This document shows positions 10,750 to 22,443 of a stretch of DNA of 64,000 nucleotides, one piece after another. The position numbers and the translations under genes were made by a program. A model generated the notes under the pieces. The model did not search any database, was not told where the DNA came from, and saw nothing but the letters and a program-made list of their open reading frames with translations. Source of the DNA: Selaginella moellendorffii (taxonomy: Eukaryota; Plantae; Lycopodiophyta); the NCBI RefSeq assembly GCF_000143415.4, contig NW_003314426.1, positions 1-64,000 of the forward strand, in the 5' to 3' direction. Positions within the stretch are counted from its first letter, which is position 1, and every line of letters starts with the position of its first letter.

Positions 10750-13700
10750 AAACAGAAGCAACTACAAAAGGAGAAGGATGTTGGATCAAAGAGAAGACAT
10801 GAAGAAGATGAGATCCAAGACGACAATCAAGTTGACCTTTAGATAGAGATTTCCATAGTAACAACTCTGCCGTCTTCACAACCAGATAGCTCTAGTCCAC
10901 ATGCACCCCCATTTTTGCCACCACCACCATCGATGCCACCACCACCATTGCCACCTCTACCTTCATCACCACCATTACCACCACTGTCATCACCACCATT
11001 ACCACCACCGTCATCACCACCATTACCACCATTGCCATCATCGCCATTATTACCACCACCACCGCCACCATCATCACTACTAGTAATGTGATTGTCGTCA
11101 CTACCATTGCAGCCACAACCACAAATGCCACTACTCTTAACATATTCACAAAATATGGCAGAAACTAGCTACATTACGAAGCAGTGCCCAAGTGTGCCTG
11201 ACGGGGGTGTTGGGCCTGAGCTGGGGGCTAGATCTGATAATGGTGCTACTCGAGGTGTAGCTGAAGCTGAAAGAGAAGTGGAGTTACCTGAACACACTGT
11301 AGACAAGCGCTTCCAAGAGACAATTTTGAGAACCAAAGAGAAAGCCATTCACACGACTCTGGAGTTTCTCAAGTGGGAAGGCCCGGGAGACATAATCTGA
11401 GAAATCCCACTATGTCAATTCACTCAGACAAGTATCGTTCGGTCTGCTTCACCGCACTTCATTAACATGAACATCTATAGTCTGTACAAACATAATGGCC
11501 TTGGGACAAACATAGGTATGTTCCTTGTTTCGGTCTTCAAGCCAGGAACAACAAATACCCTCTCGGTGTTACCAAAAATCGAGAGGGTTTAGGATGACAT
11601 TTGGAAAATGAAGTCCCACAAATTTGAAAACATGCTTATGAGCCATCCTGAGACTCAACAATGTGTGGGGCAAATGTTCTACATTATCGATGGGAATCAT
11701 GGCTGGTGTGCGTGGATGAAGTGCATCAATGAATGCTTCCGAGACGATTCTGTCTATCACATCAATGTTCCGGTTGGACATGTACATATGAGAGGATCTC
11801 TAGATGTGGCAAGGCTTGTGATAGCTTGCCACAAAATTAATGCGTAGGTACCACTCCCTTTTCAATCACTTTTAACAATTTGTGTTTTTGCAAGTTGGGA
11901 CAGTTTGCAGCGCAGAAACAAAGCCTAGTACATGATATTGAGCAGATCCGGTTTCTTGCCAATCTCGACGAGGATGCAGTCTGCAGCCACTATGGTGATG
12001 ATTTAGCATCACTTATTCAGCATCATCGAGGTCATCAAGATGCCAATAGATGGTACAAGAATCTAATGGCTTTTATAACAGCTGTGTGGAGTAAGGTATG
12101 TTCTTCCAAGTATACTTCTTATCATAGATTGTTTGTGTTGTCTTCAGCCATTGGTGAAGGTTAAGCAAGATGCATATGCACAGTCGCATCAAGCTGAAAA
12201 TGATCAAGAACTATTGGAGCATTAGCTGCAATTGACAAGAAAATCAACAACACAAAGAAGACAAAGGTAAAGAAATTATTTAGTGTGGCTGACCCTCGAC
12301 GCCCAAAGGAGTGGTTTGATATTATAATAGAGATTTCTTGTCATGAAAGTAAGTATTGTTTGCGTTTACATGAAGGTTACTCACAAAAGTTATTTCTTAG
12401 TGGTCAAGACTCCAGATGAGATTATTTACAACATCTCAAAGTCAAAGTTTACATATTAGGAACAGATACACATTCTGAGCGACCTCAATAGTAGACTCAA
12501 GGAAGGAGAAAAAGGTTTGGATAGTATGATGGAGACTATTATGAGGAGGACCGTCTATATTTCACAAACTGTATATGAAAGGAAGATGTTTCTAGCGTCT
12601 TTTATAGGGGATGATCTTGAGCAATTTCCATTCATGGACTTCATCACCACTGAGCTTACAAAACTCGGAGAGGACTGGCTGCCAAAGAAGGCCACAAACA
12701 CGACTCTATTTGATAAACAACTTGGCCAACTTTACTTCATGCATCGAGGGGCTTTTAGGTAACATATAATTTCTCAACTATACTCAATTTGTTTATATTC
12801 TATTATAGGTATCTCCAATATAGAGGCGTTCCTCTCAAAACACCGGTATGCACACGACTCCTGAGGCATGGTGTGAGAGATGGAGGCATGTACTCGACAA
12901 CAATGAAGTTTCCAGTGGCAATAAAGCGAGCTTATCCTTGGGAATTGGAGATGCCAGATTATACACCAACCCACCAAGAGGCTGCAAGAGGCAACAATGA
13001 AGACGTGCCGGATGACGAAAATGATGGCCATGAGAATATCAACATTATTGGTGCCAATGGCAAGGAGAGTGAAGATGGCGGTGAGAACAATTTGCAAGAA
13101 ATTCCTCGAGACGAAGTCCAACAAGAGAACCAGAACATCAAAGAAGTTTTACCTCGACGAAAGCATGCAAATCTACATCTGAAGGAATTAGTCAACAATG
13201 ATGATGATCATCCAAGACGTCCCCGTAACCAAGGAACTTCTCGAGGTATATTTCTCTTAATTCTCTCCTTTTCTTAGTTCCTCAAAATGGTTGCAGCAAA
13301 AACTGTCAGGAGTAACTTCATTCTAGCTCGTCTTGATGCCTGAGAAGAGGACCTGGAGGAATTTACATCTACCACACGCCACATGACGGTATGTAAATTT
13401 TTCTTAAGTTCACATCTTATCTTTGTCTTCTCCCTCTAGATTCGCCCTATTTCTCTAGTAGCATTCCGTGGTGAAGTTGGGAACTTTATTGGCTCCTACA
13501 ATTCATTGATGGGATCTTTTAAGGAGGATGCTGAGAATATGGCTATCCGGCAAAAGTGGGAGCGCTTTTGTCAGAAGACTGCTCAAGAGCACAAACTTCA
13601 TACTCTTTCACATGCTAGATGGTCTTCGAGACGCTAATGGTGATGTCCCAAGCTGGAACAACCTGATTAAAGACCACTTGAAAGATGCATTCCTTTTGGT

Positions 13701-14290
13701 AGCAATTCTCCTTCACACAACCGGTCAAGTTGCTTTCATTCTCCCAAATGACCCCCATTGGATGTCCTGCCTTATGAGGTATGCAAGTGGAGTCAACTTC
13801 AAGAGGTTCTCTTCCGGGTGCATCATGGATAGTGTTGGGGTCGAGACCAAAGGCGTCCTAAGCATGCTAGAGAAGGTAAGAAATCATCTTCTGTTTTGGT
13901 TGTCTCTAAAGTTTTATTATTCAGGTTATGATGTGGGCCTACCATGTGTTCTACAGAAGAGAAAATGACGGTTTTCGTGATAACAAGTGTGCTGCAAGGG
14001 TTTTGCCAGGGTATGATAGCTTTACTGACATCATACCAAATCTCGTAGATGATGACATTCACAACACATTGTCTGGGTATCGGTTCCGATCTCCATCGGC
14101 AATGCATGTCCTACTTGAGCTTTATTGCCCAACTAGGGGTGTTGTCATCGATTGCATAGTAAGTAGTGGTTCAATGGTTGAAGCAGCACATGACTCTAGT
14201 AGATCAGTGTTTGTGATTGAAGAATATGAGTTCTTCAAACACCGTCTTAGAGGTTTTTGTCCTTCTCTATCAGTTGCTTCTAGGAGGTAA
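10750..14290 (+). pseudogene. Multi-exon transposon accessory gene: Pro-rich region + ParB/Srx-like domain + C-terminal beta-class N6A/N4C DNA-methyltransferase-like domain
   Basis: Acceptor at 10749, then a poly-Pro frame. FYIIDGNHGW at ~11677-11706 (ParB-like DGxH). Several short GT-AG introns. NFILFHMLDG...VPSWN (motif-IV position) at ~13594-13660. RSPSAMHVLLELYCPTRGVVIDCIVSSGSMVEAAHDSSRSVFVIE (motifs X-I-II) at 14087-14221. In-frame stops are mostly C>T/G>A-type. Confidence 0.7.
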
Positions 14291-16096
14291 TTTATGATGT
14301 TTTAAAAACTTATATATAATATATATTTAGTTTTCTAGAAGTCTTCCTAGGTATGCATAGCACATCATATACAATGTATAAATTGAGGAGTGGTATGAAA
14401 AATTTATTTATTAATGATACATTAAAAGACAATTGAATACATCCACTTGCAATAAGAAAGATGTGTCACATGTCAATATGATAATGATTGTGACAATGAT
14501 AGTGTCAGTACAGCAGATAGTGATAGTGATAGTGTCAATGACAAAGACAATATCAATGTCAAAGATGACAGAGTTACAGTGTCAGTCTGTCAAATTTCAT
14601 AATTACTAGTATTATGAGTTTATTATCTATAGATAAAACAATTTTGTTAATAAAAAAAAGGCAAGGGGGGGGGGGATGGATATTATCATAGTGTAAGAAT
14701 TATTAGTAGCTAGAATTTTCAATAGGATGGCCTAAAAATACCATATTCAACACTTGTGGATGTAGGATTTACTAACGGAATATTGTTCCTCACCATGAAA
14801 TGATAATGATTGTGTGTTCTTAACTCTATCTTAATTTTCTTATACATCCATTCATGCACACCTTCCACACCAGTTCTTGTTCAGTTGCACTCGAGGTTGC
14901 AAATGAAAGAGCCTCACAACAGCCCTCAAAATGAAAAGGAGGATTGTTGCATAGAGGTGAAAGTGGATTATTGGTTAAAATTGGAGATGGAAGTGGAAAC
15001 TCATATGAAAGGCCTCTGAGACTAAAAGTAAATTTCTTCCTAACCATTGCAACACACAAGAAGAATTAAACTTCCCAGCAATAAGAATTCTCTGATTAAT
15101 ATACTATATTTCAGTCTCAGGAATGATGTTTTATTATTACATGACAATACATTGAATCATAATTGTCAATCTCAGTAATTTCAACCTACTATGAGAGACA
15201 AGTGGTTATAGGGTTTCAAAAGCTAAAAACTAGCATATAATTAATATGTAGCCTTATTTTATATAGCTGGCTTGCCATATATAATAATGGTGAATACACA
15301 CAAGCACGCGAATATGCCTTTTTGCAAGATTACCTTTCAATCCCAAAATCATATATAGATTTAACTCTTTGATTTGTCCACATCATATATCTTTGCAAAG
15401 ACAAAACATATCAAAAGGAATAAGATATATACAAAAATTTACTTTTTTTATAATACTTTAGTGGATTACAAAAGCCATTGAAAGGTTTATAAAGTGGATT
15501 TATTAGTGTTTTCCGCTGTGCTGTCCATTTCTTCTTTTCTCTTGCTCTGGATTGTTATTTCGAAAGTAACAAGAGCATTTTTATTAATAGTGATAGTAGT
15601 CTTCACATTCTCGGATGGGTAATAAGGACTAAGCGTGTAATATGAAAATTATGGTAGTGAAACAAAATTAATATTCTCACATTTCTGTATGCTAAAACTA
15701 CTTACAGATTTTTTGTTTTCCTTGCTTCCCATCTCTATGAACCCTAAAGAATGAACAAGTGAATCAGTGTTTTGAATTATTTATATATTTTTGGCCAATT
15801 GTTGAAATGTTAAAATGTTGAAATGTACAATAGAAATTTTAGATTCATTTGAACTTCAATATTCCCATTTTATTTGGGACCAATAAAGCCCAAAAATTTC
15901 TATGGGTTCAAATGAACTTCTAATTCTAGAAATTGTATAAATTGCATTAGAAATATTCAAAAAATAGAAATCTCTTTGAACCATTGATACTTAAATTCAT
16001 AAATTTCAAGTTCATAAAAGAATAACATTTTTCTGACTTAATATTTCCTTATAAGACTTATGGTTGACTATGTTGACTAGCATCGAATTAAACTAA

Positions 16097-16134
16097 ATTG
16101 AGCTCAACTCGTGAGCTCAACTCAACTTTAGACC
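16097..16134. repeat. Putative terminus (imperfect short TIR / subterminal repeats), accessory-gene end
   Basis: AATTGAGCTCAACTCGTGAGCTCAACT also occurs at the transposase end of copies 2 and 3 (31700-31754, 53078-53132). Because those copies are oppositely oriented, the motif is inverted within the element. Confidence 0.65.
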
Positions 16135-16922
16135 ATCCCCCCAATCCCTTCCAGATCCAACTTCCACAGCAGTGCAATTGCTACTTTAAACTACCCATTA
16201 TGGGCATTTGCGGCAATCGCAGTGTTCCAGTCCGTGCCGATGCCGGCATCCCGGAGCTGGCGATAGAGCTCGATCACAGCAGGGAGCCCGCCCTGATCGG
16301 GATTTCTGGTGCAAGCAGCCAGCATTGCGCTCCAGGCAACTATCGTCTTGCGCGGCATGTCATCGAAGACTTTCTGCGCGTCTGCCAGGCTGCCGCATTT
16401 CCCATACATGGTTAAGAGGGCACAGCACACAACTGGATTGCTCGCGATCGCGGGTGGCACGGCGACGATCTGGGCATGGATCCGGATGCCCAACTGGAGA
16501 TTGGGGCAATTGGCGCAGGCGGCGAGTGCGGCGACGAACAAGACGTGGGTGGGGCGGACGACTGAATCACTGGCGAGGGCGAGGAAGAGATGAATCGCTT
16601 GCGCGCTCTGGCCATTTGCGCAGAGCGTCGAGATCATGATGTTACAGGAGAAGGCGTTCTTGTGGACGAGATCGTGGAAGACAGACCATGCATCTGGGAG
16701 GCTGGAGCACTTGCCGTACATGAGGATGAGGAGACTGCTGAACAAGGGGTGGTGGCGTAGGTCGAGGGTGGCGGCCAGGCGGCGGTGCAAGAGCTTCCCT
16801 CGCGAGAGGGACTTGGAATCACCACATTGACGCAGAAGAGTCGCGATTTGGCGATGGCTGGGTGTGGAGATGCCTGCAGGAGGCACCGCAATCACTCCTC
16901 TTGCTACTTCGCTGGATGTCAT
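16135..16922 (-). pseudogene. PLS-type pentatricopeptide repeat (PPR) gene, truncated by the transposon end
   Basis: LILMYGKCSSLPDAWSVF, LLTMYGKCGSLADAQKVFDDM. WNTAIAANAHNG*FKVAIALLWKLDLEGI runs right up to 16135. Confidence 0.9.
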
Positions 16923-16930
16923 GGCAAAGT

Positions 16931-16932
<2 letters not shown>

Positions 16933-16973
<41 letters not shown>
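16933..16973. repeat. (CT)n microsatellite
   Basis: About 20 CT units upstream of the PPR ATG; shorter variants at 22735-22766 and 44684-44700. Confidence 0.95.
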
Positions 16974-16977
<4 letters not shown>

Positions 16978-17642
16978 ATCCTGTGAAGAGCTTCATATGG
17001 ATCATCACATGTTTTGTCAATAGCTTCACATAGGCACTAAACAACAGACATAAAGGAACTCAGAAGCAATCAGTCTTCTAAGCATCTTATCCTCTGGCAT
17101 CAAATGTTGGATCAGTGATGTCCTTTTTGAAGTCTCGCTTGTTGTTTGAGGTGGGCACGTGCTCCTATTGGTGTTCATGGGGTGTTGCAAAGCTGTGGGC
17201 TCTCAATGTAAAGGGGATTTACCTTGGCAGCGTCCCCATCCTCCGGCATTAGGTGATCCAGTGTGGCTGTGAGGCTTGGGCTTATTTTGCCCTGTTGAAA
17301 AGTTCACCAAAGACCTGTACATATCCAAATTCTGGTTGAAAGTGATCCAAATGATCTTCTAAGGTCATATGTACTCCTAAGGATCTTGTTCCAAAGATCT
17401 CAGTCTGCATTATCACAGTGGTTGAACTTGGGTGTGATTTTTTCATGGTCATTGTGTACTCTTGACGTCTTAAAAGTGTGTAGAAAATGTTATGGATGAG
17501 CACAGCACAATGGAATCCTAGCACTATTATATAAATGAATGCAATTACTTTTTGCCCCAACTTAGATTCCTTTTTTTTTCCTTGTTAATTTGAATAAGTT
17601 TTTCTACATTTCCACGGAATACGAGTCATTTTTTAGGGTATC

Positions 17643-18139
17643 ATGAAGAAAACACTCATTCTCGATCTAGACAATCCACTGGTACACGCTCATAAGGATC
17701 TCGTCTCTTCTGTAGATTTCAGCATGGAATTTGACGATGATGCACCACTCCACATCATGAAGAGATTAGGTGTAGATGAATTTCTGGGGAAGGTTTCAAA
17801 TGTGTACGATATCGTGGTGTTTAGTGCCGCCCAGGAGAAGTATGTCAACCTTGTGGTTGACCATCTGGATCCTACTCGGAGGCTTGTGTAGAGGAGGCTA
17901 CATGGTGGCAATTGTGTTGTCCTAAAGGACGGGATGAAAGTCAAGAATCTTGACCATGTAGGGTTTCGGGATTTCAAGCGGGACTTCTTGGCAGATGTAG
18001 CCCCTTTCCTTCTTGCCCTGCCAAAGTGTGTGGATTTTACCAAAGTTACCCATCGCTGGAATATTGGACAATGTGGAGAAGCAAGGCAAATTGTACGTCC
18101 CAGATCCATTTGATGATGAATGGGTTGTGTTTAACTGAT
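17643..18139 (+). pseudogene. Decayed third copy of the FCP1/SCP-like HAD phosphatase
   Basis: MKKTLILDLDNPLV; premature stop at 17891; internal deletion relative to 21856-22443. Confidence 0.88.
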
Positions 18140-20013
18140 TATTGTATTTTGTAATATATGTTATAATTTTCCCCCCAATAGTTTATGGAAGTGACTTTCG
18201 AGCTCAGGATTTCCTGCATGTCTTGTGTGAAACAAAATGGTAAAACAAGCCAAAAGAACACCAAGTTTTCAAGCTCTTCTGCTTCAAAAGTGTATCATCC
18301 TAGTAATGAGCTCACAACTTTTGCTTGACCGAGCCTGAAAGAGATTGGAAAAAATGAGCTACCTCCTGGTACTTGATACATTAGGCAAACATGAAGGCAA
18401 AGAAGATCGGGAAGCCGACCAAGACACCCGCGACAACACCCAAAAGTCATGTCGTAGCCAAAGTAACTCTCCACAAACGCCTTGACAGTCGTGTATCACG
18501 CATTGGGTGTCATGAGGCGCACAAGATCATTTGCATACTGGGATGCGACCCAGCCATACAAATCCAATAGTGATCCACATTCTCGGAAAGTCCAAGGAAA
18601 AGCAAAAAGCTGTTTATATCCAACTTAGGTTTGGTGGTCAACACTAAACCAAAAACAATGAAGATGAATAGGACGATGTTATTGTCCCTGCCCTACAAGT
18701 ATTTTTACGTGTTTTCGTTTGCAGCAGAGGAACCACGGTACTGAATATCCACATTCTGGTATTGAAATGAAGCTGGTCACTTGAGCGATTAGTTTGTAGC
18801 TGATCAAAACGGTTTTAATGTACAATGTTTAAATCGTGATTTTCATTTGTGAATACTTTAGTGTTCTTAATTTGGATTTTCTTTACATTTCGCTTTATAG
18901 GTATAAAGAATATACCTAAATATCTAAGTATATTCTAGAATATTCTCTAATCTAGCAACTTTAAAGTTTTCATATAAAAAACTATGAAGTTCTTTATTTT
19001 GCCTCATATCTAGAACTGGAAGAGTATCAAGTAAAATTTGAAAAACAATATAAAACTGAGCAACACTATATTATCCTATAAATTACAAGGATTAACACTG
19101 ACAAAGAGTCTAAAATTAACATCATTAATCTAGAGGGCACAAAATCCAACTTCTGGACGTGTTTTAAGATTGATGTCATGATAGTTAAACACTAAACAAC
19201 TTAAAAGAGCTAAAGATTGTTCTAGCTATTTGAAAACTTGCCTCAATCTAACCAAGCACCTAGCTTCATTATTTGTTATTCTTTGCATTCAAGTATGCAA
19301 AGAAATCAGTGGAATTGAACGATTGGTTCCTCAAGGTATGAAAAAAACAAGAAACCTGGATCAATTCATATATATATATATATATATATTTCTCTCTCTC
19401 TCCATTTGACTCATCCTTTCTATAATTTTGCAGACTCATCAAAAAAGGGGCTTTGAGGGGGCAAAAAGAAACTCATTCACCCTGTACCACAACAGAACTT
19501 GCAGGGGTGAGCTTTTGAGTGTTCTGAAGCTACTCTATTGTTTTGACTTCCAGGTTCCTTGGATTCAATTCAGAAAGGCCTGTAGGAAAACGTTTCCCTG
19601 TAAAAAGGTCAACAGGTCAAAGGTGCGAATATTCTCTCTACAAAAATCAACAATCCCGCCATTTTCTTCATCGCATCTCCCGAGAATTAGGATAGCTCTC
19701 CAGCTTCCACTCGATCTCTGCCCACTTGAGGTGAGATGCATGGACCCTACAAGAAGCCAGCCGTGGACACCACGCTGTTGCATCTCCCGTCAATGTGCTG
19801 TTTACCAATCCTGTTCCTTGAACCGAACCTGACTACAAGAATGTCGGAAGCCCTTGAGTTGTTCAGCAACCTTGATCGAGAACAACTCGGCCTGGCAGAA
19901 ATGCAATGAACTGGCAACGAATTCATATTTCTGAATCGAAATCAGCATGCTGAAAAAGACCAAGACTACAAAGATGACAAAAAGGAGCAAGTAAATCTAA
20001 ACAACTACAACGA

Positions 20014-21429
20014 TCAGCTGCAAACAGACATGTTAGAAGCCAAGCAGAGAATCAGAGTAATGAAAGAAACTCACCAAACAGATTGCCAGGCAGGATCGCA
20101 GAGGATGTCGCGCGCGGATGGACGCTGGTCGCGTCTTGCTGCGACCAGCTCCAACACCTTGGGCGCAATTGATGGGTGTTGGTACGCCCAGTCTGCTGGT
20201 AAAACGCCATCCCGGACGTCAATCAATACCGACTCCCTTTCCTACACAGATTCACCAAACTAAGCAAGCACGTTGCACAAACTGCAGCCAAACCTGGTCC
20301 GGGGGACACCTCCAATGAAGTTCGAAGAGTATAACTCCAAGCGCAAGCATGTCAGTGTAGGTTGAGTTGCTCCGGCGCTGGGGAGAGTAGTAAACTGCTC
20401 TCCCCTTCTTGATATTTTCGGTCTCGAGCATGGACTCCTTATTTTTAGCTGTAAGCCAACAAATGAGAGATGGAAGAGATGTTTCATTTGCCTACCAAGA
20501 CCGAAATCTCCCAGCTTGATGCGTCCATCGTCTGTGACGAAGATGTTGTGTGGTGCTATATCCCGATGAACACCCACGTTGTCGTGCACATGCGCCACAG
20601 CTTGAAGAAGCTGCCTAAACGCATCTGCAGGTGGTGACTCACCGCCGAGGAGCACCGACTGGAGCGAGCGGCCACAAAACTCCATGACAATGTACACTTT
20701 CGACTTGCCCGGCTCGCCTTCCTCCTTCCACATGTCGAAGTATTTGACTATGTTGGGGTGTTCGCAGCGCTGGAGCATCTCTCCCTCCTTGAAGACGAGC
20801 GCGACATCCTGGTCTCTGGACTTCGTTGCTGTGCGAACCTTGATGACTTTGATGGCGTAGATTTGTTCGTCCTCCTTGCTACGGCACTTGTATACTTTCC
20901 CGGACGCCCCCTGGCCAACACAAGCGAGCACTTCGTAGCTGCTGCAGAAGCGGCCTGGACAAGAGAGACAAGGGGCCACTCAGAAGCGAAAAGATGCCAA
21001 AGAGAGAAATTATTGTATCCACCTGCTGCTGCAACTGGAGTCTCCCCTCCCTTTTGGATCGATTCCACGATCCCGGTCACAACATTCGCCGAGAGCATCT
21101 TGAATCTCTCCAAGCGTTGCGCCATTGCGAGGAATTGCCGAACATATTCTGCAAGTCATGAATCAAACCAGCAAAGAGTCGTGTCAGCCAACAAAAGGAA
21201 TTCTTCGTACCAGCGTCAGGAGCAGCCTGCAACGCGGATGCATCATGATCAGTTTCTCCTGCTCCTGCTTCAACGAGGATCTTCGTCAGACAAGTGCAGA
21301 TGTTTCAAGTTTTGACCAACCTGATCGAGCTCGGTTAATCGGATCCAGTGGGCGGGTCCTTTCGAGCATGACGTCGGATCGCTTCTGAGTGTGTAGTTTC
21401 TTCGGACCAGCAGCCCTCTTCCTCTCCAT
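20014..21429 (-). CDS. Stand-alone eIF2alpha-kinase (GCN2-like) protein kinase, 7 exons, ~357 aa, copy 1
   Basis: Mirror copy of the 46118-47533 model: GQGASG, YAIK, HPNIVKYF, MEFC, HRDIAPHNIF, DFGL|AK, DMLALGVILFEL, RPSA. Confidence 0.8.
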
Positions 21430-21855
21430 GGTGGACTCTGGTCAGTGTTAACATTGTGAGTCGTTGCTGAAAGCACAAAAGAGATTGAGGAGTCGTTACT
21501 GCACTTATCCAACGGCTGGAGCCTAGAATGCGCACATCAGCTGTCCGTCAATGGATTCACAACAAACTTGTTACAATTGCATGCTCACCTCCTTCCGCCT
21601 CGCCAACAGTAGGCCGCAAACCAGCAGCGCACTCACCTCTGCCCTTGCCAGACGATCACGGCAGCCCTAGATTTGGAATCTAAGCTGCATTGAGGATCGA
21701 CGCGCTCCTCCGGCTCCCTTGGGCTTTGCCAATAGTAGGGTACAAGAATACAAAAAGGCCACGTCGGATAGAGTTTAGGGCAGACGTGGCACCTTTGGTC
21801 ACCTTTTGTGGCCCTTCTACATTTCCACGGAATACGAGTCATTTTTTAGGGTATC
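21430..21855. promoter_or_regulatory. Putative bidirectional promoter with an inverted pair of ABRE/G-box-like motifs
   Basis: 426 bp between divergent start codons; GCCACGTC at 21758-21765 and GACGTGGC at 21783-21790. Confidence 0.45.
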
Positions 21856-22443
21856 ATGAAGAAGACACTCATTCTCGATCTAGACAATACACTGGTATAC
21901 GCTCATAAGGATCTCGTCTCTTCTGTAGATTTCAGCATGGAATTCGACGATGATGCACCACTCCACATCATGAAGAGACCAGGCGTAGATGAATTTCTGG
22001 GGAAGGTTTCAAAAGTGTACGATATCGTGGTGTTTAGTGCCGCCCAGGAGAAGTATGTCAACCTTGTGGTTGACCATCTGGATCCTACTGGGGGGCTTGT
22101 GTCAAGGAGGCTACATGGTGGCAATTGCGTTGTTCTAAAGGACGGGACGAAAGTCAAGAATCTTGACCATGTAGGGTTTCGGGATTTCAAGCGGGTGGTG
22201 GCACTGGATGACATTGTTGACTTCTACCAAGGTCATCAAGAGAGCGTGGTGGTGGCTCCAAAGTTTGAGGGGTCAAAGGATGACCACTTCTTGGCAGATG
22301 TAACCCCGTTCCTTCTTGCGCTGTCAAAGTGTGTGGATTTTACCAAAGTTATCCATCGCTGGAATATTGGACAATGTGTGGAGAAGCAAGGCAAATTGTA
22401 CGTCCTAGATCCATTCGATGATGAATGGGTTGTTTTTAACTGA
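21856..22443 (+). CDS. FCP1/SCP (NIF)-like HAD phosphatase, intronless, 195 aa, copy 1
   Basis: KKTLILDLDNTLV (DxDxT), KRPGVDEFL, VVFSAAQEKY, VKNL, ALDD, FEGSKDD. Confidence 0.9.
   Translation: MKKTLILDLDNTLVYAHKDLVSSVDFSMEFDDDAPLHIMKRPGVDEFLGKVSKVYDIVVFSAAQEKYVNLVVDHLDPTGGLVSRRLHGGNCVVLKDGTKVKNLDHVGFRDFKRVVALDDIVDFYQGHQESVVVAPKFEGSKDDHFLADVTPFLLALSKCVDFTKVIHRWNIGQCVEKQGKLYVLDPFDDEWVVFN

Larger units (their letters stand above)
6468..16134. mobile_element. MULE-like DNA transposon, copy 1 (transposase 3' end and that terminus deleted; accessory gene and other terminus retained)
   Basis: Divergent transposase (-) and ParB/MTase-like (+) genes; homologous to 25099-31754 and 48618-53132. Terminal motif TTGAGCTCAACTCGTGAGCTCAACT near 16098-16122, followed at once by a truncated PPR gene. 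Confidence 0.8.

Noticed and set aside
10892-11149. Poly-His ORF (10901-11083) and Val/Met-rich antisense ORF; likewise 25406-25675
   Set aside because: Alternative frames of a (CCA/CAC)n tract. The Pro-rich frame is the one continuous with the splice acceptor and the downstream ParB-like exon.
11600-14290. Bacterial or phage contamination as the source of the ParB/MTase-like sequence
   Set aside because: The gene has GT-AG introns, lies in three plant transposon copies and shows the same C>T decay as neighbouring TEs.
16135-16145. 9-bp TSD for the MULE-like element
   Set aside because: The flank beyond 16134 and the flank beyond 31754/53132 share no convincing direct repeat.
16923-16976. 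MERERER... N-terminus of the PPR ORF
   Set aside because: Translation of a (GA)n microsatellite whose length varies among copies; the likely start is 16922.
20758-21315. 185-aa ORF (and twin 46232-46789)
   Set aside because: Antisense shadow of the kinase exons with no recognisable motifs.
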